From assembly GCF_006345805.1 (NCBI RefSeq), contig NC_043014.1:6758001-6822000 (forward strand): DNA of 64,000 bases, written 5' to 3'. Position numbers and translations under genes: made by a program. This document shows positions 24,405 to 36,240 of this stretch, piece after piece. This stretch comes from Octopus sinensis (taxonomy: Eukaryota). The notes beneath the pieces are model-generated. The model did not search any database and was not told where the DNA came from. It was given only the letters and a program-made list of their open reading frames with translations. Within the stretch, counting starts at the first letter, position 1; every line of letters begins with the position of its first letter.

Positions 24405-24665
24405 CATACAAAATTTAGAGGACTGACCGCTAAAAGCTAAACATAGACACCAAATCACCATTACCACGAAGAATATGTTTTCAAGAAAAATCTCAGTACA
24501 AAACCAAAATGTAAAAAATAAGCGAGACAAATGAAAATATACGAAATAAAAAATGATTACCTATGTACCAATTGGTTTCACTTTTCGTGGCAATTGGCGA
24601 TTTGATGTCTATGTTTAGCATATAGGCTGTCCACTTTTAGTGGTCAGTCCTCTAAATTTTGTATG
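24405..24665. mobile_element. MITE with ~35-bp TIRs
   Basis: CATACAAAATTTAGAGGACTGACC / GGTCAGTCCTCTAAATTTTGTATG; same family at 32036-32212. Confidence 0.75.
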
Positions 24666-25110
24666 TAAAAAAATGTTTAATCTTCGGATTTTTTAAAATG
24701 TGCTAAGCCGCTGGTTTTAATTGATTAATATCAATATCTACCCTTATTTAATTTTAAATATATACCATACATATATATATACTGCTACCTGCACGGGAGC
24801 CAGTCCGGCAGCACTGGCAATGGCCACATTTGAATATTGGCACATGAAAAACAACATTCAAGAGTGGTCATTGCCAGTGCCACTGGACTGGCTTCCGTGC
24901 AGGTAGCACATAGAAAACACCTTTTGAGCATGGTCGTTCCCAGAGTCGCCTGACTGGCCCTCATGCCGGTGGCACATAATAGCGCCCACTATACTCTCAG
25001 AGTGGTTGGCATTTGGAAAGTTATCCAGCTGTAGAAACTTTGCCAGATCAGATTGGAGCCTGGTGCAATGATGATGATATATATATTTTTTCTATGGCAA
25101 CACATACCAA

Positions 25111-25733
25111 TCTTTATATATATATAAAGCTGAAGTTGTCTGTGTATGGCAGGTTTGGTAGCCTTCAATTAACACTATCTCCTCCGAGACCCTGCGGCGC
25201 AAGTTGACTAAAATTGAGAGTATGATAGAAGAAGGTTTGCTCTTCCTTCCGTAGAAGAAAAAATTCAAAACGGACCATGTTAACACCAAAAATTATTTAC
25301 ATCAAAAAAGTGCTTTTTTTTTCTATGAAAATCCTTATTTTTTTACGATTTTTTGACTGCTGTGTCGACATTTTTCAGTGTATTTCAACCAAAAAAGTGT
25401 TCACTTAACTCTTTAGTGTTCACATTATTCTGCCAAAATTAATCCTTTTTTATCCACATTGCTTTGAACTAATCATGCATTATCTTGTAGCTATGAGATT
25501 TTGATGAGATAGCTGTTAATTTTTAAAACGATATTGTAGGGTTGGTGTGAGAGACCAGATCTGGCCAGTTTGAACATAAAACAGGCAGAATACTTTTGGC
25601 CGGATATGGCCAGTTTAAATGCTAAAGGATTAAAGAGAATAGCAAGCTACATAATGCCAAAATTTTTACTTTTCAAAAATTCCAATTCTAAAGGGTCGAA
25701 ACAAACCCGAGCAACGCCGGGCGATACTGCTAG
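25111..25733 (+). mobile_element. Non-autonomous Helitron containing a nested TTAA MITE
   Basis: A|TC 5' end, 3' hairpin CCCGAGCAACGCCGGG, CTAG|T. Confidence 0.85.
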
Positions 25734-26564
25734 TATATAAATAAAAAGAGCTTGGACAGAGCGGAACAAAAGCAAATGAACTGTGCACAACACATAAAGC
25801 GAAAAAGACTTTTCAGTCTAGTCTTACAAGAAATCAATAGACATGTGAGACACAGCCACAATACCTGACTAGGGAGAAAGACATGAAATCTTGTAATGTA
25901 TCGCCTACAATGTGAATGTCAGTTGACTGCAGAAGAATTTCTAACGAGGCTATGCAATTAAGCAGAATCAATAGAGTATATTTGTGCAAGCATGTATGTA
26001 TGTATGTGTGTATATATATATAAATAATTGTTTGGCAAAAGCAAATTATATAAAATAAAGAAAGAAAAAAACGACCTTCCCAATATATAAACAATATCTT
26101 CTTTACCAGTTTCACTTCAGAAATCTTACAACACAAATTCTTAAATGGACGGACAGACAGACAAGCAGGCAGGCAAGCAGACAGACAGATAGATATAGAT
26201 AGATATATAGAGATAGATGGATGGATGGATAGATAGACATACAGACAGATATAGATAGATAGATAGATAGATGGATAATGGATAGATAGATAGACAGACA
26301 GACAGATAGATATAGAGATATAGACAGACAAACAGGCAGAGATAGATAGAGACAGAGAGACAGAAATAGACAGACAGACAGATAGAGAGAGACAGGCAGA
26401 TATAGACAGAGATAGATAGATAGATAGACAGTTATTGTTTGCTGAACTAAGCTACAAGGGATGTAAACAAACCAGCATCAGTTGTTACATAGTCATGGGA
26501 GACAAACATTAACACACACACACATATATATATACACTTTACTGAAAAGCAGCAAAAATGACAC

Positions 26565-26612
26565 CAAAACTGTTATTCAGCGTTTTATGTTCCCGCTCAT
26601 CAGACAGTTTTG
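26565..26612 (-). ncRNA. Hammerhead-like motif that has lost stem III
   Basis: caaaactgt-CTGATGA-gcg...cgct-GAA-TA-acagttttg (9-bp stem I). Confidence 0.55.
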
Positions 26613-27003
26613 CATGTGTGTGTGTGTGTATATATCATCATCATCGTTTAACGTCTGCTTTCCATGCTAGCATGGGTTGGACGGTTCAACTGGGGTCTGG
26701 GAGCCAGAAGGCTGCACCAGGCCCAGTCTGATCTGGCAATGTTTCTACGGCTGGATGTCCTTCCTAACGCCAACCACTCCATGAGTGTAGAGGGTGCTTT
26801 TTACGTGCCAGACGAGTCTGAGGTACAGGAGTGGCTGTGTGGTAAGATGCTTGTTTACCAACCACATGGTTCTGGGTTCAGTCCCACTGCATGGCACTTT
26901 GGGCAAGTGTCTTCTACTATAGCCTCGGGCCAACCAAAGCCTTATGAGTGGGTTTGGTAGACGGAAATTGAAAGAAGCCCATCGTATATATATATATATA
27001 TAC

Positions 27004-27049
27004 AAAACTGTCCGACAAACAGGAATGCGAAACTCTGAGTAACAGTTTT
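27004..27049 (+). ncRNA. Hammerhead-like motif with a mutated core, same family as 26565-26612
   Basis: aaaactgt-CCGACAA-acaggaatgc-GAA-ACTCtGAGT-A-acagtttt. Confidence 0.6.
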
Positions 27050-27350
27050 TTTTAATATTTTTGCTGCTTTTTAAAAAAGCATATTACTCTACCTCTGGTA
27101 TTCGAGTACTATTTTTTTCCACCTTGTTTCGCATTTATGTGTTTACTGAGGTATATATGTATTTATTCTTTTACTTCTTTTAGACATTTGAATGTGGCCA
27201 TGCTGCAGCACCACCTTTAGTCAAAGAAATTTACCCCAGGACTTATTCTTTGTAAGCCTAGTACTTAACATATTGGTCTCTTTTGCTGAACTGCCAAGTT
27301 ACTGGAACATAAACACATCAATCAATGGTGGGGAAGAGGAACAAACACAA

Positions 27351-27387
<37 letters not shown>

Positions 27388-27701
27388 CGATGGGCTTCTT
27401 TCAGTTTCCATCTAACAAATCCATTCCCAAGGCTTTGGTCAGCTCGTGGCTATAGCAGAAGACAGTTGCCCAAGATGCCACACAGTGGGACTGAACCTGG
27501 AACCATGTGGCTGATAAGCAAGCTACATATTTTATTAGCCACAAGGGCTCGAACACAGACATACAAGGACAAAACAGTAGGGTACATATCACATATACGA
27601 ATGAATTACATGAATTTGATAAAGATGAAAATGAAATGGCTTATCTACTCCCCCCCCCCACACACATGCAGGCAATTCCACTTTTACCATTTATACAACA
27701 A

Positions 27702-28088
27702 CTAGCAGTATCGCCCAGCGTTGCTCGGGTTTGTTTTGACCCTTTAGAATTGGAATTTTTGGAAAGTAAAAATTTTGATTATGTAGCTTGTTATTCTCTT
27801 TAAGTGAACATTTTTCTGGTTGAAATACACCGAAAAATGGTGACACAGCAATCAAAAAATCGTAAAAAATAGTGATTTTCATAGAAAAAAAAGCACCTTT
27901 TTGATATAAATGATTTTTGGTGTTAACATGGTCCGATTTTAATGTTTTCTTCTACGGAAGGAAGAGCAAGCTTTCTATCATACTCTCAATTTTGGTCAAA
28001 TGCGCCTTAGGGTCTCGGAGGAGATAGTATTAGTTGAAGGCTACCAAACCTGCCATACACAGACAACTTCAGCTTTATATTGAGAGAG
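27702..28088 (-). mobile_element. Non-autonomous Helitron
   Basis: Same family as 25111-25733; terminal CTAG and hairpin. Confidence 0.85.
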
Positions 28089-28163
28089 ATTGGTATATGT
28101 TGTGGGGACAAACACAGACACACAAACATATATACACACACACACACATATATACATATATGT

Positions 28164-28470
28164 GGAGGCGCAATGGCCCAGTGGTTAGGGCAGCTGACTC
28201 GCGGTCAGAGGACCGCGGTTTCGATTCCCAGACCGGGCGTTGTGTGTGTTTATTGAGCTAAAACATCTAAACGCTCCACGATGCTCCGGCAGGGGGTGGT
28301 GATCCCTGTTGTAGTCTTTCACCACTCTTTCTCTCACTCTTTTGTCTGTTGGCCTGCTAGCTTAGCCAGCGGGGTGGCGTCATTCGAAGGCTAAAACAAT
28401 GCAAAGCACATTGTGACCAGCGATGTGTAACAACATCTGATGGTCTGGTCGGTCACGTGATCACGTGATA
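28164..28470 (+). mobile_element. tRNA-derived SINE, family E, tail type 1
   Basis: TGGCCCAGTGG A-box, GGTTTCGATTCC B-box, tail ...TCACGTGATCACGTGATA. Confidence 0.8.
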
Positions 28471-28963
28471 TATATAGAGATTGTATATATAGGTATATAA
28501 TACCTATATACGACGGGCTTCTTTCAGTTTCCGTCTACCAAATCCCGAGGCTATAGTAGAAGACACTTGCCCTAGGTGCCACGCAGTGGGGCTGAGCCCA
28601 GAACCATGTGGTTCGTAAGCAAGCTACTTACCACACAGCCACTCCTACGCCTGGCTGCATTTCGCCCGCCCATTCGTTCTGAGTTAATTTCCGCCTAGGT
28701 TGACTTTTCCTTATGTCCTTTCGGGGTCAGTAAATTGTGTACCAGTGAAACACTGGGGTCAATGTAATCGACTAGTTCCATCCCCACAAAATTTTAGGCT
28801 TTGAACCTTTAGCAGAAACGATTATTATTATTATTATTCAGTAGTCCTACTTTTATCACATGCTTCTACTGCACTACCGAGCGCTGCTCTGTGTGCCTTG
28901 AGTATGTATATTATTTTGGCACAAGGCCAACAATTTTAAGGGTGTGGTTTAGATAATTATAAA

Positions 28964-29760
28964 GGGGTACTACTTAAGAAGAGTGGTCCCAGTGCGCGCA
29001 CTCGCGTTCTCGCGCTAGCAAGTCGTGACTAGTCGATCCTGCAACAATTTCGCAGCAAAGTAAATAAAACACAAAATAAATAATTTTTTTTACACAAACT
29101 GTGTATAGGGCGCAGAAGTGGCTGTGTGGTAAGTAGCTTGCTAACCAACCACACGGTTCCAGGTTCAGTCCCACTGCGTGGCACTTTGGGTGAGTGTCTT
29201 CTCCTATAGCCTCGGGCCGACCAATGCCTTGTGAGTGGATTTGGTAGACGGAAACTGAAGGAAGCCTGTCGTATGTATATATATATATATATATATATGT
29301 GTGTATGTGTTTGTCCCCCTAGCATTGCTTGACAACCGATGCTGGTGTGTTTACGTCCCCGTCACTTAGCGGTTCGGCAAAAGAGACCGATAGAATAAGT
29401 ACTGGGCTTACAAAGAATAAGTCCCGGGGTCGATTTGCTCGACTAAAGGCGGTGCTCCAGCATGGCCGCAGTCAAATGACTGAAACAAGTAAAAAAGTAA
29501 AAGAGTAAACTAAATAATTTTTTTAAAACAAAGTAAATAAAACAAAAACACAAAGTAAACTTTTGTTAAAACAAAGTATTCACAACGGTGGTGCCCCAGC
29601 ATGGCCGCAACTTTCGGGCTGAAACATTTTTAAGGAGTTAAGGATTCAAAGGAAATAAAATACAAAAACACAAAGTAAGGATCGACTAGTCACGACTAGC
29701 AAGCGCGGATGCGCGAGTACGCGAGTGCGCGCACCGGGATCACCCTTCTTAAGTAGGACC
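28964..29760. mobile_element. TIR element with CpG-rich ~70-bp inverted ends and a nested full-length family A SINE (29111-29508)
   Basis: 28970-29040 is the reverse complement of 29678-29756. Confidence 0.7.
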
Positions 29761-30289
29761 TTATTTTGGCACAAGGCCAACACTTTGAAGGGTAGGGGTT
29801 TAGATAATTACAACGATTTATCTCCTCAACAGTGAAAGCTTGAAAAGCGACGCTGACCTTGGGGAAATTTGAACACGGGACGTAAACCAAATGAATAACA
29901 ACGGTTAGGCCGACGAACGAAAGTGGACGGCTACGTAACTTATTCTTCAAACTTCGATCGTTCCCCCCAATAAAAAGTATATTGATTTTTTTTTCCCTCT
30001 TCTTTTCTTTCTTTAATGTTTTGAATTTAAGATTTTCAAAACCAGAATCCCAAGATTGATGTAGTTCTTTTGTCTGTTTATTTATCTCTTACTCTTTACT
30101 CTTTTACTTGTTTCAGTCATTTGACTGCGGCCCATGCTGGAGCATCACCTTTAGTCGAGCAAATCGACCCCAGAGCTTATTCTTTGTAAGCCTAGTACTT
30201 ATTCTATCGGTCTCTTTTGCCGAACTGCTACATTACGGGGGACGTAAACACACCAGCATATCGGTTGTCAAACGATGTTGGGGGGACAA

Positions 30290-30328
<39 letters not shown>

Positions 30329-31572
30329 ACAATTTAATAAATAAAACATATACATACATACATACATATATGTACATACCTACATCTATATGTATATATA
30401 CATGCATATATGAGTACAGGACACCACAAATAAACGTAGAACACAACGAGAAACGAAAACATAAAATCAAACAAGGAAACGGACTTTTTTTAACAACGAA
30501 AAAACAGTACAAAACAAACAATACAAGGAATATTCCCCTTCATCAGCTGCCCCTGGTTCGACTCAATGCGTGTGACGGGCTTCTTTCAGTTTCCGTCTAC
30601 CAAATCCACTCACAAGGCTTTGGTCGGCCCAAGGCTATAGTAGAAGACACTTGCCCAAGGTGCCACGCAGTGGGACAGAGCCCGGAACCATGTGGGTCAT
30701 AAGCAAGCTACTTACCACACAGCCACTTCTGAGCCTATGTTTGTTATTTTTTTTACTTTCTGCTTTTTTTGAAAGCATTTACTTATAATTAAATATTTAA
30801 AACATCGACTCTTGACTAAATACCGTTGTTAGTGTTATTTACCAGCTTTCGGCCGATAAGTAACCACAGAAATAATTTGTTAAACCTATAAATTCCTGCT
30901 GAGTCTATCGTAAAGGTTTCAAAAACTGTTTGTCATAAATTGTCATTTATGCTTTTAATAATATTAAGGATGTGTAAGAAAAACATGAACGTATATAAGT
31001 TGCATACAATGTTTGTTTTTAGTTGATAATTTTCGTTCGGACTCTTGTGGTGCACCTGAGCACTGTATACAATAATTTCATTATATATTATAAAAATCGA
31101 CCAAACAGGTGCGCGTACGATGGCACGAGTAAATGAACAGAAATAAATTAAAATTAATTAATAAAAGCAAATATTAGTATTATTAATATCCTTTCAGAAA
31201 ATTAGACGCATGATTAAAAAAAAATGTAAGGATTTTAAATTACAGAAATAAAATAATTAATTCCAAGGAATTTTGTAGAATTTACGAACCATTTTCTTTG
31301 CGAGAAGCGGGGAAGATAAGCGAACGATGCTGCGGGACAAGTGAGGAGAGAATTTGTGCCGTAAAGCCAACCTTGAATAATGACATGCTTGGATGAATTG
31401 TCGAGCGAAAACGTTTGTCATTGGGAGTTTATTTTGGATCGAATCTTCGATCAATGAAATGATCCAATTTATGGTAGTAAGAACTAAGGGCAGACAACCG
31501 AACGAAAAAATTAGAGTTAATTCCCTTGAAAATTGAGTTTCCCCCTTGATTAAATCAATTAAATCTAGTGGT

Positions 31573-31792
31573 CTCTTTTACTCTTTTACATGTTTCAGTC
31601 ATTTGACTGCGGCCATGCTGGAGCACCGCCTTTAATCGAGCAACTCGACCCCGGGACTTATTTTTTTGTAAGCCCAGTACTAATTCTATCGGTTCTCCTT
31701 TGCCGAACCGCTAAGTAACAGGGACGTAAACACACCAGCATCGGTTGTCAAGCAATGCTAGGGGGACAAACACAGACACACAAACACACACA

Positions 31793-31835
<43 letters not shown>

Positions 31836-31998
31836 GACGGGCTTCTGTCAGTTTCCGTCTACCAAATCCACTCACAAGGCTTTGGTAGGCCCGAGGCTTT
31901 AGCAGAAGACACTCGCCCAAGGTGCCACGCAGTGGGACTGAACCCGGAATCATGTGGTTGGTAAACTAGCTCCTTACCACACAGCCACTCCTGCGCCT
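31573..31998 (-). mobile_element. Family A SINE, full length
   Basis: Head to (AGTAAAAG)n tail. Confidence 0.9.
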
Positions 31999-32324
31999 AG
32001 TGAATTTTTTAAAATCCGAAGATTAAAAATTTTTACATACAAAATTTAGAGGATTGACCACTAAAAGTGGACAGCCTAGAAATAGACGTCAAAATCGCCA
32101 TCTTCCACGGAGAATGTGTTCTCAAGAAAAAATTGAGCAAAATACGTTTTTGACATCTATTTCTAGTATACAGGCTGTCCACTTTTACTGGTCAATCCTC
32201 TAAGTTTTGTGTGTGTTAACACGTCTTTTCAGTCTCTCTCATTTTCTTAATCTTTCATATTAAGTACTCACTACTTCCTTTAATACTCAATACATTATAT
32301 ATATATAACAACAACAGTTGATAG

Positions 32325-32364
<40 letters not shown>

Positions 32365-32709
32365 TGTTTTTGTCCTGTTGTTACCATTCTTGTTTTTAAT
32401 TTTATTATTGTTTTTTGTATTTATATTCGTGTGGCATCGTCCGTTTTTCTGTCCTTGTTTCGTATACATTCGATCCTTTTTCCAAGAAATCTAATGCTCA
32501 CACCTTAGTTTTTCCTTGGGGCTGGCCGGATCGGAGCGATATCAGGATTAATCAGCCGAAATTTGCTAGGATGATCCGGTTCTTGACGGAAGATTAGAGG
32601 TCTCGAATGACCCGTCCATTTTTTGTGTCGTCTCTTTGTGTATTTTGCGTTCTTGTCCCATTTTGTATTTTTATATATAATTTTTAAACACACACACACA
32701 CACACACAC

Positions 32710-32761
<52 letters not shown>

Positions 32762-33104
32762 CATATGTAGTGGATGTGTGTGTACGTAAATAAATACATA
32801 AACTGTTTCATGATTAAAAAGGGATTTATTTACATGGGTTATAAGTACACTACATACAAATGTAAGCAAATGCTACGAATTGCTTGTACAGAACACATAT
32901 TAAAGATGAATATGTTTGTGTGTGTGGGTGTGTGCGTGAATCATTCGGAACAGTAGCCGATAGATACTGTAGGCATTTCTCTGTCGTCTCCAAAACGCGG
33001 GGCAAGATAAATCTGTCTGCTGGTGTGTCAGCTGCGATTGTGTTTCTTTCTCTGTTTTTCCCTTGTATTTATAATATTTGAGACAGCTAGAAAGATAGAC
33101 ATAC

Positions 33105-33236
33105 TGCAACAGAGTTACTACTTGAGTAGGTCAGCCCTTGTCCAGTTGAACTTCGCCTGACATGGCTGAGGTCGCAGGTCAAAGGGAGATGATCAATCAC
33201 TTTTTGACAGAACAAAGAGGTCTTTAAATTTCGCGC
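33105..33236 (-). CDS. Weak candidate exon (ARNLKTSLFCQKVIDHLPLTCDLSHVRRSSTGQGLTYSSSNSVA); alternative acceptor at 33165
   Basis: Donor GCA|GTATGT; 132-bp open frame in unique sequence; no recognisable homology. Confidence 0.25.
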
Positions 33237-33923
33237 CTATACATGATTCTTGGATTCGATTTCGAATCTAGGCTTAGAGAAGGAAGTGCTAACTCTTATA
33301 TATATATACATATATAATTGAATAGAAATATGTTATAAAAAGAAAATGGAAACTACACGTGGTAATGTAAGGGAAAATTAAGAAAAATCAATGAAAATGC
33401 ACATGCAAAAAAAAAAAAAAGTAAAGGCTTTTTATGAAAGGTAACGAAATATATATACAATTAGATAAACTGAGGTAGGAATAAAACGTATATATATACA
33501 ATATGAGGGAATATTATTCCAAACTTACAGGGAAAAATTCAATTTAGAAATACTAAATCAAATTTCACAAAATATTATATATATATATATATATTAGAAA
33601 AAGCCCCACCTTTTATCAATTCAATAATGAAAAATTAAATTATTGCCATTTAGAAAATTATATATTATAGAAAGATAAAATATAAGATAAAATATATAAC
33701 AATGATTAAGTAATGTGCAAAATAATAAATAAAACGTATATATTTAATTTTTCATTATTGAATTGATAAAAGGTGGGGGGTTTTCTAATTTATATATATA
33801 TATACACACACATATATCTTTCTCTTTGACTACACCCCATGTGTAATAGTCCAATGGATTGAGGTCTGTTAAGCTAGGAGGCCGAGCATCTGAGACAAAA
33901 TGATCGCAGAAATAGTCGTAGCC

Positions 33924-34227
33924 TTTGTTCCTTCTCGAGCCACGCCTAGCTCATAAGGGCCGGTTTCCCGGTTTCCTTGGCGTATAGGTTCCCCACCTGG
34001 ACGGGACGCCGGTCCGTCGCAGATGAGATGCAAGATGCAGGAGGAAAGAGTGAGAGAAAGTTGTGGTGAAAGAGTCAGCAGAAAGAAGTTCGCCATTACC
34101 TTCTGCCGGAGCTGCGTGGAGCTTAGGTGTTTCGCTCATAAACACACACAACACCCGGTCTGACATTCGAACCCGCGATCCCTCGACCGCGAGTCCGCTG
34201 CCCTAACCACTAGGCCATGTGCCTCCA
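33924..34227 (-). mobile_element. Family E SINE, tail type 2
   Basis: Tail ...GGCCCTTATGAGCTAGGCGTGGCTCGAGAAGGAACAAA; second copy at 62766-63052. Confidence 0.8.
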
Positions 34228-34359
34228 CAGCCGTAACCTTATGGAACAGACAAGACTTATGTTGGCAGATTCACGGTCTTCCGTTGCGTACTCTGTCTAT
34301 CCAGGGCCCCACAGATTTCTCCAACACTTCTGTGTAGACAGCGGTATTGACTCTTTGAA

Positions 34360-34782
34360 GGCGGCGAGCTGGCAGAAACGTTAGCACACCGGACGAAATG
34401 CTTAGCGGTATTTCGTCTGCCGTTACGTTCTGAGTTCAAATTCTGCTTAGGTCGACTTTGCCTTTCATCCTTTCGGGGTCGATTAAATAAGTACCAGCTA
34501 CGCACTGGGGTCGATATAATCGACTTAATCCATTTGTCTGTCCTTGTTTGTCCTCTCTGTGTTTAGCCCCTTGTGGGTAGTAAAGAAATAGGTATTTCAT
34601 CTGCCGCTACGTTCTGAGTTCAAATTCCGCCGAGGTCGACTTTGCCTTTCATCCTTTCGGCATCAATTAAATAAGTACCAGTTACGCACTGGGGTCAATA
34701 TAATCGACTTAATCCGTCTGTCTGTCCTTGTTTGTCCTCTCTGTGTTTAGTCCCTTGTGGGTAGTAAAGAAATAGGTATTTC
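34360..34782 (+). mobile_element. Family B SINE array (head + 2 units + 8-nt stub of a third)
   Basis: Junctions AAAGAAATA|GGTATTTC at 34590/34591 and 34774/34775. Confidence 0.9.
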
Positions 34783-34785
34783 AAG

Positions 34786-35185
34786 TTGTTTAACAAGCGC
34801 CTTGCACGGATCGGACTGTTCTCTCTTTGCATCCGACATAAACTGACTACTCCGCATCACATACGATTCGCACCAAATATCCTCATCCACAACTCTTCTG
34901 ATTGGGCATTCTGAAACCTCGAGGTCCTTTGCAACAGATCTTATCGAATTTCTGTGGATTTTATCGTTTATTTCCTGTGCTTTTTGTACAGAGTTACGTT
35001 GTATTAGGACCCTGTGCATGCGTTTTTGCGTTTAGCTGCCTATGTTGGATCCCCATCAGCAACTTCCAGCGCCTTTTGATCCTCGACAACGAAGGACAGG
35101 CCAACATTCAGGAAGGTAGCTAGCTTTAAGGTAACGCTTACAGGTTGCTTTTCATTCGCTGAACCAACCTGATGTCTGACATCAT
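34786..35185 (-). mobile_element. DD37D Tc1/mariner transposase N-terminal fragment
   Basis: SIRSVAKDLEVSECPIRRVVDEDI..SYVMRSSQFMS (helix-turn-helix region typical of maT elements). Confidence 0.8.
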
Positions 35186-35278
35186 TTATCTGAAGAATGA
35201 AGCCAGAACCATGTGGTTGGTAAGCAAACTACTTACCACACAGCCACTCCTGCATGTATATGTATATGTATGTGTATA

Positions 35279-35370
<92 letters not shown>

Positions 35371-35412
35371 ACACATTTATATACATACATAGAGAGGGGA
35401 GATAGATAGATT

Positions 35413-35474
<62 letters not shown>

Positions 35475-35632
35475 CAGATAAATAGATACGTGCATACATA
35501 CATGCATACACGTATGCATGCATACATACATACGTATACATATGCATACATACATACATATTTATATGTGTATGTATATGCTACAACTCCCAGCACCAAG
35601 GCCCTCTACAGGTCACGTGTCTCTTGTAATGT

Positions 35633-35678
<46 letters not shown>

Positions 35679-35759
35679 CCCGTATCGTCTGCCTGTCCCC
35701 GTATCGTCCCCTCTTCTCAACCTCATGGTGAATAAAGAAATTCTCTCTCTCTCTCTCCA

Positions 35760-35815
35760 TCCATCTATCTATCAATCTAGCTAGCTATCTGTCGATCTTT
35801 CTTTCTATCTACCTC

Positions 35816-35874
<59 letters not shown>

Positions 35875-36125
35875 GTCTGTCTGTCTTTCTACATCTATCT
35901 ATCTATCTATCTATCAATCTATTTATCTACATATCTATCTATCTATCTATCAATCTATTTATCTACATATCTATCTATCTATCTATCTATCTATCTGTCT
36001 GTCTTTCTACATTTATCTATCTATCTATCTATCAATCTATTTATCTACATATCTATCTATCTATCTATCTGTCTGTCTATCTACATCTATCTATCTATCT
36101 ACCTACCTATTTATCTATCTACCTC

Positions 36126-36221
<96 letters not shown>

Positions 36222-36240
36222 CCTACCTACCTATTTATCT
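35760..36240. repeat. (TCTA)n microsatellite
   Basis: Direct inspection; resumes at about 37940-38115. Confidence 0.95.

Noticed and set aside
29111-29180. tRNA genes
   Set aside because: A/B boxes belong to SINE heads that continue into SINE bodies; no complete cloverleaf is seen.
30530-30546. CTGATGA plus hairpin on the minus strand
   Set aside because: No GAAA or stem III follows; at most a broken core.
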